Origin: an uncultured Verrucomicrobiae bacterium
Lineage (GTDB): Bacteria; Verrucomicrobiota; Verrucomicrobiia; Limisphaerales; JAFGQR01
DNA length: 64,000 bases
Direction: 5' to 3'
Assembly (NCBI GenBank): GCA_963788655.1
Contig: CAWBHS010000102.1
Span: forward strand, 1-64,000
Translations under genes and position numbers: made by a program
The notes under the pieces: generated by a model
The model's input: the letters and a program-made list of their open reading frames with translations, nothing else
Databases searched by the model: none
What the model was told of the DNA's origin: nothing
Part shown: one piece after another, positions 21,266 through 32,550 of the stretch
Layout: each line of letters opens with the position of its first letter
How positions within the stretch are numbered: the first letter of the stretch is position 1

Positions 21266-21474
21266 CCGCCGGGTTTTGGCGTGCGGCGGTTCTGCGCCGC
21301 TTTCGCACCGTCGCAGTCCGACCAACATCCGGCCGCCACTCCCTTCACGGAGCCGCGTTCGCCATTCGAAAGCGCCGGCAAGCCGGACGCACTCCAAACG
21401 CTGGCGCGACCTTGCTGCGCGCTCTGCCATACCTCGCGCCAGCGTTTGGAGCGTGGAGTTTGCTCCCGCTTTCG
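21266..21474. repeat. Palindromic element cluster, family D
   Basis: 21367-21408 is the reverse complement of 59937-59978 at 41/42 identity; further arms start at 21271 and 21435. Confidence 0.8.
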
Positions 21475-21507
21475 GGTGTCCAGGAACCCGATTGCTGCCA
21501 ACCAGGT

Positions 21508-21635
21508 GTGGCGCAGATTCTGCCGTATCGCGGATTTGCTGTCCGCAGAGCATGGGTAACTCCGAACGCCGCCGGAGCTGTGGCCACCTTGCCGAGTGCA
21601 ACTCGGCGAAACAGCAGAATAGAATTCTGCGTTAC
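21508..21635. repeat. Palindromic element, family C (copy 2)
   Basis: GTGGCGCAGATTCTGCCGTATCGCGGATTTG...TTGCCGAGTGCAACTCGGCGAAACAGCAGAATAGAATTCTGCGTTAC. Confidence 0.75.
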
Positions 21636-21673
21636 TCCTGGCGACGATTGCAGCGGCGGTCCACACTATCACA

Positions 21674-21712
21674 GATAACTGATCACTCGATTACTGATTA
21701 CTGTTCACTGAT
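21674..21712. repeat. Degenerate heptamer tandem array (ACTGATT-like)
   Basis: ataACTGATC ACTCGATT ACTGATT ACTGTTC ACTGATT; overlaps the TPR gene stop. Confidence 0.6.
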
Positions 21713-24700
21713 TCCTGCCTCCTGAACACGGCGGCCCCCAAGTGCGCCGGATGCAGTTCCAGGACTTTGGCAAACTGCTTCTTCGCCTCGGCAGCCTTCC
21801 CCTGCCCCAGCAACCCCAGGCCAATCAAATAATGGCTGTTGGCCTGCCGCACTCGCTCGGACTGTTTCTCGCCGAACTTGGCGAAGTAATCCGCAGTTTC
21901 GCCGCGGGTGAGTTGGGCTTCGCCCGCCTTCACCAATGCTTCGAACATCGACTGGGCGTCTGACTCGCGATCCAATTTCTGGAGCGCGCGAGCCTGATAG
22001 AAGGAGCTTTCGGAATCGCCGCGTCCACGACCTCGGCGGTTGCCACGATTGCTCGAACCTGCTGCCAGCTCGAACTGCTGCCGAGCTTGCTCCTTTTGGT
22101 CCATCGCTTCGTAGGCCAGCCCCAGATGATAGCGAATCTCCGGCTCATTGCTGTCCGAGCGCGGACGGCCAACCTCCAGGTTGGCCGGATACTCCAGCGC
22201 GGTGGTGAAGTCCTGGAGCGCATCAGCGAATTTCTTTTCCCGCATCCGCTTCTGGCCGCGTGCGAGCAAGGCGTCCGCATAGATGCCATGGATTTCGCTG
22301 CGGCCTTCCCAATTGTGAAATCGGTGCGTCGTAAGCAGTTCGACCGCCCGATCCAATTTGGCGGTGTCGCTCAGCCCGGCCACCGTCAACAGCACGATCT
22401 CGCGCGTGAGCGCGTCATCGCGTTTGGCCACGACATCATGATGGCGCGCGAGCATGTCCAAACGCTTGGCCACCGGAGCGCCGCCGGCTTCGTAAAGCCG
22501 GTCCAGTTCGTAGAAGTAACGCGGCTCGTTCGGGTCCAATTCGACGGCCTTCTCCAGGCTGGCGATGGCTTTGGGCACGTCATACTCATGCTGCGCGTAG
22601 GCGAGGGCGAGGTTGCGGTGGACCAACGGAGCGAGTGTGGTCAGCGGCCTTCTTTTCGAAGCGACTCCAGGCAGGAATCGCTTGCAGCGACATCTCCCAC
22701 GCTTTGATTGCTCGATCAGGCTGATTGTCATAGAGAAGGTCGCCCAGCAAATAGCAAGCAAGGGCATCGGATTCAGTGCCGTTGTTGGAGCAGTGCAAGA
22801 GAGGCAGCGCTTCGTATTGAAATGGGAAATCGAAATCCGCCGACGATTTCCGTGCCATCTCCAGCTCCTCACTGGGAGTGTCGTTACCGGCATTCTCTTG
22901 TCGAGCGCAATAGTCCGCGTAGTAATGGCGGAGCGCACTGGATCGGTCGCGGGGATCCCATAAGATTCCCAATGCGTCCAGGAAGCACCCGGCGTTGATG
23001 TAATCCATCGCCAATTCCAATCGTTGCTGCGGATGAACTATTAAGTGTGCCTCAACCCATCTTTGCAGATTCGTTTCTCCAAGGGCGACAAACCAAAGCG
23101 GTTCTTGGTTCGTAAAAACAATACTTCTGCTCAATACCAGTTCCACGCGCCCCCATGCGTCAAGCGGATCGATGCGCCACCGCGGCAGCAGCCGCTGGGG
23201 CCGCTTCGGCTGGTCGCTCAAGTCGTCGAAGGATGGCTGACTTCAGGTCCAACGATTTCGGGCTTTGATTGTTCAGTGATATCGAGCGTTCGACGTGGTC
23301 GAGTGCGCTTCTGAAATCGCTCCGCTGGCAATCAACTTCCGCCAGTTGCTCTTCACTGGCGGCCCGCCACGCTTCGGACCATGCGGCTCTTTCGAAGGCA
23401 TCTGCGGCAGCATCTAAATCGGCCTTCCAACGCTTTTTAAGCTCCGGCGCCGCAACGCCGCCCGGACGTTCAGCTTGATTCCGCAGAGCAACTCCCAGGT
23501 AATAATACGCCTCGCCATCCTTGGGCCGAATATGGTTCGCCGTGGCACGCGCGATGGCGTTACTCAGGTACTTTGCTGCTTCCGCCCAGCGCCATTGCTT
23601 GCAAAGTTCGATGCCCCTTGCCGTGTTGGCCCGATAATCACCGGGATCGCGACGCAGCATTTCCTCGTAATAAGGCGCCGCCTCGAATGACGGACTGAAC
23701 AGTTGTTCGATGCGCTGGCCGGTGAAGTATAGCTCGTCCGTGGTCGCATAATCTTCGGGTGCTTTGGGCCGCTCGACCGGCTTGGGCATCGGTGTCCCTT
23801 TGGGCTTGGCGGGCCGACCAGACTATAAGCTCGTGAAAATCCTGGTCATTGATTATCAGCTTCAAATCTTCCGGTGGCACGTTGTTCTCCAACGTAACAG
23901 TAGCCGTGAATGGTTTCGCCGGGCTGAGGTCCAGGGTTTGAGTGAAGAGCGCTTTCCATTCCTCCGTAGCAGCCGACGTCAGGAGGCGCTGACTTTCATT
24001 CGTAGCAGATGCTTGAGCCTCCTCACGTCGGCTGCTACGGACTTCCAATCGCACCGTCGCCCCTTTGAATTCCCTCGTTGCGTTCACCGCGATCTTCACC
24101 ACGCGATTGGTTGCCTCCAAGTTCACCGCCACGTCCCGCGTGCGCCGCTTTTACGCCCCCGAGGTTGCGGATCGGATACCACCAATGTTTCCACTCGCGC
24201 GTTTCGCCGGGCTGAATCCAACTGTAGTCCGGTTGGTTGTCCGACCATGCGCCCGCCATCAGTTCGAGATACGGGCCGTCATCATCAGTCAGGATTTGCG
24301 ACCACATTTCGCCTTGGGGACCATTGCCCCACTCGAAAAACTTTTTGCCCGGCGCCACGTTGTGATCCGAAACCTGGATCACGCCGGCCTCCTTGCCGTG
24401 ATCGTAGCCGCCGAACCAGTCGTCCTCGTAGTTCCACGCGAAGAACGACACCGGGTTGGGATGATTCTTCCACCAGGAAATATCCACGCCGCGACGGTAA
24501 TCGGTGCCGCCATAGATTTGGTGCGCGATCGGCCAGTTCGCAAATGCCGGCTTGGCGTGCTGGGCCGCCCATTCGGTCGAGGGCGGGAAGATGACCTGGT
24601 AATTCGTGTTCGCGTGGACGGCGGCGTTGATCCAAAAGAGCATCGGCCACGCGAACGGCGTTCGGTTGAACATTTTGCAGGTCAGTTCGAGATAACTGCG

Positions 24701-25261
24701 GTCCGGATAAAGCGTCATGCCCACGAGCCATTTCATCCGGTGGCGCAACTCGATTTCGCCCACCCAAATCGTGGCACTGCCGTCGGCGTTGGTTTGCGTG
24801 GTGTAATCGACCGGCGAGAAGCTCGTGGCGCGATGATGATGCGGCACGTTCCATTCGACCCCGCCGCTGATCCACGCGCCCAACATCCCGATGAGCGCCG
24901 GCTTGATGACGTGTTGGCGATAGAAGAAATCGTAGCCGTCGGTTTTGTCCACCGCGGAGAAAATCCGCCCGCCCAATTCCGGCAGGACGCAAATCTGGAG
25001 GTAATCATTTTCGAGAAACAGCGCCTTGTAAGTGACGTTGGACTTCACATCCGTGAGCACGTCCTGCACGGGATACGGATAAAACGTGGCCTTCGCGCCC
25101 TGGTACGTGCGTCCCTCGTAAAACCGCGGCACCGGCGACGGCGGCGCCGCCAGGTAGGTTGGGATGACGAGGTTCGTTTCCCAAAGGCGGACGGGAGCAG
25201 GGGCCGAATGGGCAAGCCAAGGAAACAAGGCAACAATCGCCAAGACGAATCTGGATTTCAT
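21691..25261 (-). CDS. Secreted DUF5107 + TPR-repeat protein (frameshifts near 24140, 23790, 23170 and 22640)
   Basis: Signal peptide MKSRFVLAIV; DUF5107 motifs LENDYLQICVLPELGGRI, WISGGVEWN and GPYLELMAG; TPR helices continue through ORFs 23638..24132, 23160..23789, 22586..23221 and 21691..22938. Confidence 0.8.
23966..24038. repeat. GTAG-REP doublet, family B, inside the DUF5107/TPR coding sequence
   Basis: GTAGCAGCCGACGTCAGGAGGC...GCCTCCTCACGTCGGCTGCTAC; read on the minus strand as RSSRREEAQASATNESQRLLTSAAT. Confidence 0.85.
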
Positions 25262-25534
25262 GATGCTGCGATTGCTAACAGGCTTTGCATGCAGCCGCAA
25301 TGTTCAAAACGGGCGAGGGCGAATGGTGTGCAGACATCTTGTCCGCTCTACGCGTTCGGCTTACAACCGAAGGCACGAAGAAAACGTGGAGGTGCCCAGC
25401 GACGAGGATTCACTTGAACCGCGAATGGAAACCAATCAAAACCGGCCGTTCGAATCGCTTACTTCACCGCCAAGGCACGAAGAGCGCAAAGAACGTGGTG
25501 CCTTGGCAAGCATCTTTGCGCTCTTCGTGGCTTA

Positions 25535-25728
25535 GCCGTATCAATTCAGTAGCTGGTGCTGCGATGAGGCAGTTCGGCGTGGTAGGACAGGCGTCTCGCC
25601 TGTCTCGAATAGCCCAAGGCATCCTCACCGTTTGGTGACATAGAAATACTCGCGGCGCCGTGATACAAGTTGTTGGTTTGCACTCGTTCGGGACAGGCGG
25701 GACGCCTGTCCTACTGAATAGTCACGGC
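25535..25728. mobile_element. 194-bp MITE with 18-bp TIRs and TTA target duplication, carrying a family A REP doublet
   Basis: GCCGTATCAATTCAGTAG (25535-25552) vs CTACTGAATAGTCACGGC (25711-25728); TTA at 25532-25534 and 25729-25731. Confidence 0.7.
25582..25714. repeat. GTAG-REP doublet, family A (copy 1)
   Basis: GTAGGACAGGCGTCTCGCCTGTC...GGACAGGCGGGACGCCTGTCCTAC. Confidence 0.85.
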
Positions 25729-25804
25729 TTAGCGGTGAATCAGGCCGTTCGCCCGCAGCCATGACCTTGGATAATGGATTTCACTTGATCCGCGCCTTGC
25801 GTGA

Positions 25805-26080
25805 TCAACGCGAACGAGAGGATGCCTTCGCAGCACGCTCATCCATGATCTCCTTGAACATTTGTTCGGCGTCGGCGTCAGCGTCGGTTACTGGCGAGCC
25901 CGGATCAGCCTCCATTTCCGCAAGCCGCTGAAGGATTTCGCTCTCTTGCGCACGCACCAGGACCGAAGGTTGCTCGATTTCGTCGCGGTGTTCGTCCACC
26001 CAGCGGGTGAATGCCCGCCGCTCCGCCAGCGAAAGGGCGAGCACTTGTGATACTTGTTCACAGGCCGGTGTGAACAACCT
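25805..26080 (-). CDS. Small protein resembling a putative addiction-module (antitoxin) component; start unclear, possibly degraded
   Basis: QVLALSLAERRAFTRWVDEH...QESEILQRLAEMEADP is typical of addiction-module antitoxins. Confidence 0.45.
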   Translation of the reverse strand, partial: RLFTPACEQVSQVLALSLAERRAFTRWVDEHRDEIEQPSVLVRAQESEILQRLAEMEADPGSPVTDADADAEQMFKEIMDERAAKASSRSR

Positions 26081-26129
26081 CCAACAACCTTCGATTGACA
26101 ATCGTCCCCGCCGGTTAAGCATTGAATGC

Positions 26130-28912
26130 ATGTCGCAAAAAACCGCAAAAGCTTCTCGTAAGACCGAACTGGCCGTTCCAGCGGCGCACAATTGGAACAC
26201 GACCGACGACGATGAGATCAATCGCCGCCGCCAGCGCGCCCGCACGGAGTCCTTCGCCATTGCCAACACCGATGCCCGGCATCCCATCTTCTCGAACTTC
26301 CAGGTCAAGTCCGGCAGCGGTTTGAAATATTCCGTCGAAGTCCGCGACCTAGCCCAGCGCCAGTTTGGGTGTGATTGCGTGGATTTTCGCATCAACGGAC
26401 TGGGCACCTGCAAGCACGCCGAGGCGGTGCTGAATTACTTGGAAGCCCGGTACCGGCGCTTGTTTCGCGCCGCCGCGCAAAACGGTTCGAGCCGACTAGA
26501 CATTGTCCCGGACGCGGCGGCGGACACGCTGCGGCTAATGCGCAACGGCAAGGCCCTGCCGCGGTCACTCCAGGAATGGTTCAATGCCGACGGCCAGCTC
26601 CTCGGAGGTTCGCCGGAAGCCGCGGTGGAGCAATTGAGCCGGGTGAATCTGCCCAGCCTCCGGATTTCGCAGGAGGTGGCGCCGTGGCTGGCGGCGCGTC
26701 TTCAAGCGGCCGAACGGAAGGAACTGCGCCGCGAATACGAATTGAAGGTTCAATCCGGCGAATGGCCGCCGCACGAAACGTTGGTGCCGCTGTTCCCCTA
26801 TCAGCGTGAGGGCATGTTGCACCTGGCGTTCACCGAGCGGGCGCTGCTTGCCGATGAAATGGGCCTCGGGCAAGACGATCCAGGCCATTGCCGCGTGCGC
26901 GTTGTTGCACCGGTTGGGCAAGGCGCAACGCGTACTCGTGGTCACCCCGGCGTCGCTCAAGACCGAATGGGAGGAACAAATTCAGCGGTTCACCGATGCG
27001 ACCGTATCAATTGGTTTGACGGGCCGCGCCACCAGCGTTTGCAGGCGTATGCCAATCCGCCGTTCTTCACCATCGTGAATTACGAGCAGATGATGCGCGG
27101 ACGCACTCGACGTGAATGAGCGGCTGCGCCCCGACGTGATTGTGTTGGACGAAGCCCAGCGCATCAAGAATTGGAACACCAAAACCACGCAAGCCATCAA
27201 GCGCCTGCGCAGCCGCTACGCGTTCGTGCTGACCGGCACGCCCATCGAGAACCGCATCGATGAGCTGTATTCGCTGATGGACTTTCTGAATCCCTCGCTG
27301 CTCGGACCGCTGTTCCGGTTCAATCGCGACTTTTACGTGCTCGATGAACGGGGCCGTCCGGCAGGTTACCGCAACCTGGCCCAACTTCATTCCCGGATTC
27401 AACCTTACATGTTGCGCCGCCGCAAAGTGGACGTGGAAACCGAGTTGCCCGACCGCACTGATCGGACCCACTTCGTGCCGTTGAGCGACGAACAACAAAC
27501 GGCTTACGAAGACCATGAAGCCGCCGTGGCGCGCCTGGCGTCCATTGCCAAACGGCGTCCGTTGCGGCAGCAGGAGCAGGACAAACTCATGCGCGAACTG
27601 GCGATGATGCCGGATGGTGTGCGACTCGAACTACATCCTCGATCCGGAATCCCGCGCGTGCCCCAAACTGGAGGAACTGGAGAAGATTCTCGAAGAATGC
27701 CGCGGCAACGGGGACGTGAAGGTCATCATTTTCTCCGAATGGGAACGCATGCTCGAACTGGCGCGGGAGCTTTGCGAGCGGATGAATCTCGGGTTTGCCT
27801 GGCACACCGGCAGCGTGCCGCAACGCCGGCGGCGCGCTGAAATCAACGTCTTTAAAACTGATCCGGAATGCCGCGTTTTTCTCAGCACCGATTCGGGCAG
27901 CACCGGTTTGAATCTCCAGAACGCCAGCGTGGTGATCAATTGTGATCTGCCGTGGAACCCGGCCAAACTGGAGCAGCGCATCGCCCGCGCCTGGCGCAAA
28001 CATCAAACCCGGGCCGTGACGGTCATCAATTTGGTATCCGAGAAGACCATTGAACACCGGATGTTGGGCACCCTGGCCGACAAACGGGCGTTGTCCGACG
28101 GCGTGTTGGATCTCCAAGGCAACCTGGGCGAGATCAAGCTGCGCAGCGGACGGCAGGCATTCCTGGCCAAGCTCAACCAGCTCATGGCGCCGGCGGCGGG
28201 TGCGTCAAGCTCGACCGTTCCCGAGGCCGAACGCCCGGCGCCCCTGCCCGCCGACCGCGCACTGGCGTTTGCGCAGAAAGCCCACCGGCTCATCAATGGC
28301 GCGTTGGTGCGTTGCGAGGAACGTTACCCGCGCGAAGGTGCCCATTCCGTGCTGCTCGCGGTGGTCGATAAGGACGCTGCGCAATGGCGCGAACGTCTGA
28401 CGGAGGTACATCAGGAGTTGTTTGGTGAGGGCAAATCCGATCCGTTGGCGCCGGTGCAGATCGAAGTCATTGACCGGGCCACGCACGAAGCTCTGGAACG
28501 ATTGATGGCCGCCGGCTTGATCAATTCGACCATGCGCGCCAGCCGGCCGCTCTTCCCGGCAGAGGAAAGTTCCGCGTCAGCTCAACCGCTTTCCGATGAA
28601 GAACGCACCCAAGTTGCGGCGCATCGTCAGCAGGCGGCGCGCAAACTCAAAATGGGACGCTTGCTGGGTCAGGGCGATTTATCCGAGGAAGCCCGTCCCG
28701 CGCTACTGGAAGCAATTCATTGCCTCGGCCGGGCGGCGGCGGTCGAAAACCGCCTGCCGGAGCCATCCACGCTGGATGATGCGTTGCGGCCACCGGTTTC
28801 CCAATCGTGGGGCGCCGGGGCATCGGTGCTGCGCGGTTACGCGTCCGACACGAACACGCCCTGGCAAGCGGTGGTGGAGATGCTCGACGCCCAATTGGTC
28901 GCGCAACCGTAG
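26130..28912 (+). CDS. SWIM zinc finger + SNF2/DEAD-box helicase (frameshifts near 26868, 27000, 27100 and 27610)
   Basis: CDCVDFRINGLGTCKH (SWIM), LFPYQREG, LADEMGLG/KTIQA, LDEAQRIKN, LTGTPIEN, STDSGSTGLNLQ and PWNPAKLEQRIAR. Confidence 0.88.
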
Positions 28913-29280
28913 CAATTTGGCTCCGTACAGTTCAATGATGCGCCGGAATTGGCGGTGCTTGGAAATACCAAATTACCGGCAGCCATCCCTGAACCCATGG
29001 AGCCATTCTGCCGCTTGCGTTAGAGCGGAGTGGCCAGCATGTCCTTAATCCCCAATCTGATCCGCGGTGGGATGGTGGCCACTTTCGCCGAGGCCACCAT
29101 CATCGCGGTCCGTCGCAACCATGGTCGGCCCATGAGGCCCCATTTTACGCCTTCCCGCACAACGGCAAGCAATGAACATCCTTTTCCTCATTGATGACCG
29201 CACGGTTCTGAACCTCCGACATACCCAGCCTCATTTTCGATGTTGCGTATCGTCGCCCAAACCCCTAGAAAAGCTCCACT

Positions 29281-30610
29281 ATGAACCATACGAAAGTCTG
29301 CTTTGTTTTACCCATTGCTCTCGCGACCTTGACTCTGTCGGCCGGCGCAGCATTCGCCGCTGACGGTGGAAATGTTTCGCCCCCGCCGGGTTTCACCGCC
29401 TTGTTCAACGGCCAGAATCTTGATGGCTGGTACGGCCTGCCGCATTTCGATCCACGCAAAATCGAGTACATCCCGGAAGAGACTTATGACCAATACCAGA
29501 AGTCCTTCAAGGAACACTGGAAGATCGAAGACGGCGTCCTGATCAACGATGGCCAGGGCCCCTACGCCACCACCAAAAAAGATTACGGCGACATCGAATT
29601 GCTCATCGATTACAAGACCGTAGCCAAGGCGGACAGCGGCATTTACTTGCGCGGCACACCGCAAGTCCAAATCTGGGATTACACGGAAGCCGGCGGCAAA
29701 TGGAATCTGGGCGCCGACAAAGGCTCCGGCGGCTTGTGGAACAACAGCGCCGGCGCACCGGGCAAAGATCCCCTGGTGCTGGCCGATAAACCCTTCGGCG
29801 AATGGAACCACCTGCGCATCCGGCAGGTGGGCGCTCGCACCACCGTCTGGTTGAACGACAAGCTGGTGGTCAACAACGCCATCATGGAAAACTATTGGAA
29901 CCGCAAGCTGCCGCTCTTTGCCAAAGGACCGATCCAGTTGCAGACCCACGGCGGCGAAATTTGTTGGCGCAATATTTTCATTCGCGAGATTCCCTCAGAC
30001 GAAGCCAATCGGCTGTTGCGCGGCAACGATCCGGCCGGCTTTAAGATCGTATTCGACGGCAAGGACTTCAACGGCTGGGCCGGCCCGAGTGGACAATTAC
30101 GAAATCAAAGACGGTGCCATCGTTTGCAAACCGGGCAAAGGCGGGACCATTTACACCAAGGACGAGTATTCGGACTTCGTCGTGCGGCTCGAATTCAAAC
30201 TGCCTTCCGGCGGCAACAACGGCCTGGCTATCCGTTATCCGGGCAACGGCGACACCGCATACGGCGGCATGTGCGAATTACAGGTGCTGGACGACAATTA
30301 CGAAAAGGTCCGCGGCCCCATCGATCCGCGTCAGGCCCATGGTTCGGCTTACGGCATGGTGGCGGCGGCGCGCGGTTACCAACATCCGATTGGCGAATGG
30401 AACTTCCAGGAAGTCACCGTGAAAGGCTCGACGATCAAGGTCGAACTGAACGGCACCGTGATTCTCGATTGCGACCTCAGCAAGGTGACCGACTTCATGG
30501 GTGGCGGTAAACATCCGGGAAAAGACCGCACCTCCGGCCATTTCGGGTTTGCCGGCCACAACGATCCAGTGATGTTCCGCAACGTGTCCATCAAGCGGTT
30601 GAACAATTAA
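29281..30610 (+). CDS. Secreted tandem DUF1080 (3-keto-disaccharide hydrolase) protein, frameshift near 30088
   Basis: Signal peptide; two domains (LFNGQNLDGW...DSGIYLRG...GPIQLQTHG and FDGKDFNGW...GNNGLAIR...GHFGFAGH...FRNV). Confidence 0.88.
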
Positions 30611-30776
30611 ATTGATCCTCAGCGGGGAGCTTCGGGACTCATCGGATTTATCCCTCTACGGAAGGGCGGTGCTGCGGCGCCGCCCTAACTTTTTAATTGC
30701 TCGATTGCCCGGTAGCGAAATGCATGGCCACGATTAGCAGTTGACAACGGACGGCTGATTTCCCAAGCATCCGGAC

Positions 30777-32536
30777 ATGAGGATGCGTGTGCGTGATTGC
30801 TGGCTGTTAACAGTTGGCATGGCATGGATGGCTGCCGGCTTCTCGTCCCAGGCGGCGACGCCGGCTGAAATGCAGACCATTCGCCGGCTGGAAGTTCAAC
30901 CGGTGGCGCCGGCCGCGGCGGCGGTGCGAATCGCCCCGTTGAACGAAGCCCGGGCGCGCCATCGACTGGAGATCGATCCCTCCTTATCCAAGAAGCTGGA
31001 TGCAGCTTCCGCCAATCTAGCCAAGCTGCCGAAGTGGAGTGCGTTTTCCCCGACTTGCGCGCGCAATCGGTGACGTTGGCCGCCGAGGAACTGCGCACCC
31101 CCGCCGCCCTCAAGCCGGGCGGACTCAATACAACGTCGGCACGGTTAACTGAACCGTACTTTCACGTCGAGGGAACCCGGGAACTGGCGCAACGGCTGCG
31201 CTCGCGCACCCTGGCGGTACAGGCGGCCAACGTGGCCCGCGCCAATCAGGTCCAGTTCGAGGTCGCCGCCCACGGGGTGACGTCGGCGCAGGATTTGCGC
31301 AAGGTCAAGTCCGCCACCGTGGCTTTGGATCGCGCCAACTTGCAACTGCTGGCCGAATGGAAAGCGCGCACGCAGGCCCTCCAGCAGCGCCGGGCCTCCA
31401 TGTCGCCGACCGCCGTTAGCGAAGAGTCCGAACAACTTGACCAGATGCGTAACCTCGTCGGCCGCCTGCTGGGCACGGCCGTGGTGTTGGATCACAGCCA
31501 TTTCGACAACCTGCGGATGGTGCCGGCCGAGACGCTCCGGCAGATTTCCACCAACTTTTCACTGTTGGTGGCCGTCGCCTGGGCTGGCGGACCGGGCGAG
31601 CCGACGCAGTTCCTTGGCACGGGGTTCGTCTATCAGAACCACGTGGTCACCTGCGCGCATTTGTTTACGTCCAAGTGGACGCCGCCGCACAAAGATTTCT
31701 CCAAGGTGGTGCTGCACCCTTACCGTGCGAGGCTCGACGGATTTGACCGGGCCACGGTGATTCCAGTGAATCCCGCCGGCTGCGACGTGTTTCCGGAGTT
31801 GGATAGCGCCTGCCTGGAACCTGCGCCGGGGCCGGAGGCCAGTGCCATGCTCGACGCTGCCCACGCGGCGCAAATCAGCACGGCACCGGACAGCAGCACG
31901 GTATCCGCCGGCCCCGTGTACGCGCTCTCGGTCATGCAGGACGGCGCGCGGCTTCGGGCGGAATGGATGCCGCCGGGCCGGATTGTTTTTCCGCCGGAAG
32001 TGCGCCTGCTCCCGCGCCAGCCGGCGAACGCCCAATTCACCTGTGCCACGGTGCCGCTACAAAATTTGAATCCCAGTCAGGTGGACGACCGTTTCACTCG
32101 CACGTTACGGGCCGAGTTGTTCTCGCGGTTGCTCGGATTACTGGGCGAAGACGAATTCTGCGAGGCGATGCAGACCATTGGCGAGAATTACAGCTTGCGA
32201 CGGTTCGCGGACATTTTCCAACTCACCTGCCCGGTCCGGCCCGCCAGCAACTTGAGTCTCTTTTCCGAGGACCCTGTTTTCCACACGAGTGCCAGTCCCC
32301 GCCTGCCCTGTCTGGGCACCGACCTGCCCTCACAACCCGGCGCTTCCGGCTCGCCGGTTTTTCTGCTCGCCGAAGACGCGCAGCCCATGCTGGTTGGATT
32401 TAACCTGGGGCCCAAAGGCGAGCAAAGCAGCTTTCCGACGGCGACCTCGCTGGCCGACTACACGCGAGTGATGCCGATTTATCTGGCGGCGCAAGCGATC
32501 AATGCGTTCATCCGCAAGCAGGCGAATCATCCGTAA
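30777..32536 (+). CDS. Secreted trypsin-like serine protease with long N-terminal region (frameshift near 31045)
   Basis: Signal-like N-terminus in ORF 30777..31073; catalytic motifs GTGFVYQNHVVTCAH, ELDSACL and PGASGSPVF in ORF 31034..32536. Confidence 0.7.
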
Positions 32537-32550
32537 GCCCTGATCCGTTT

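Larger units (their letters stand above)
25463..25739. repeat. Family F inverted repeat (copy 2), interrupted by a MITE
   Basis: Left arm TTCACCGCCAAGGCACGAAGAGCGCAAAG; the right arm CTTTGCGCTCTTCGTGGCTTA resumes as GCGGTGAA at 25732-25739. Confidence 0.75.

Noticed and set aside
21020..21725. Several 150-230 aa ORFs in the ORF track
   Set aside because: They are translations of palindromic repeats with no protein-like motifs.
21691..25261. Classical DGR
   Set aside because: No reverse transcriptase, avd gene or TR/VR repeat pair is visible in the window.
29062..29109. Hairpin GATGGTGGCC-N11-GGCCACCATC as an ncRNA or terminator
   Set aside because: There is no U-tract and no second copy, so the evidence is insufficient.
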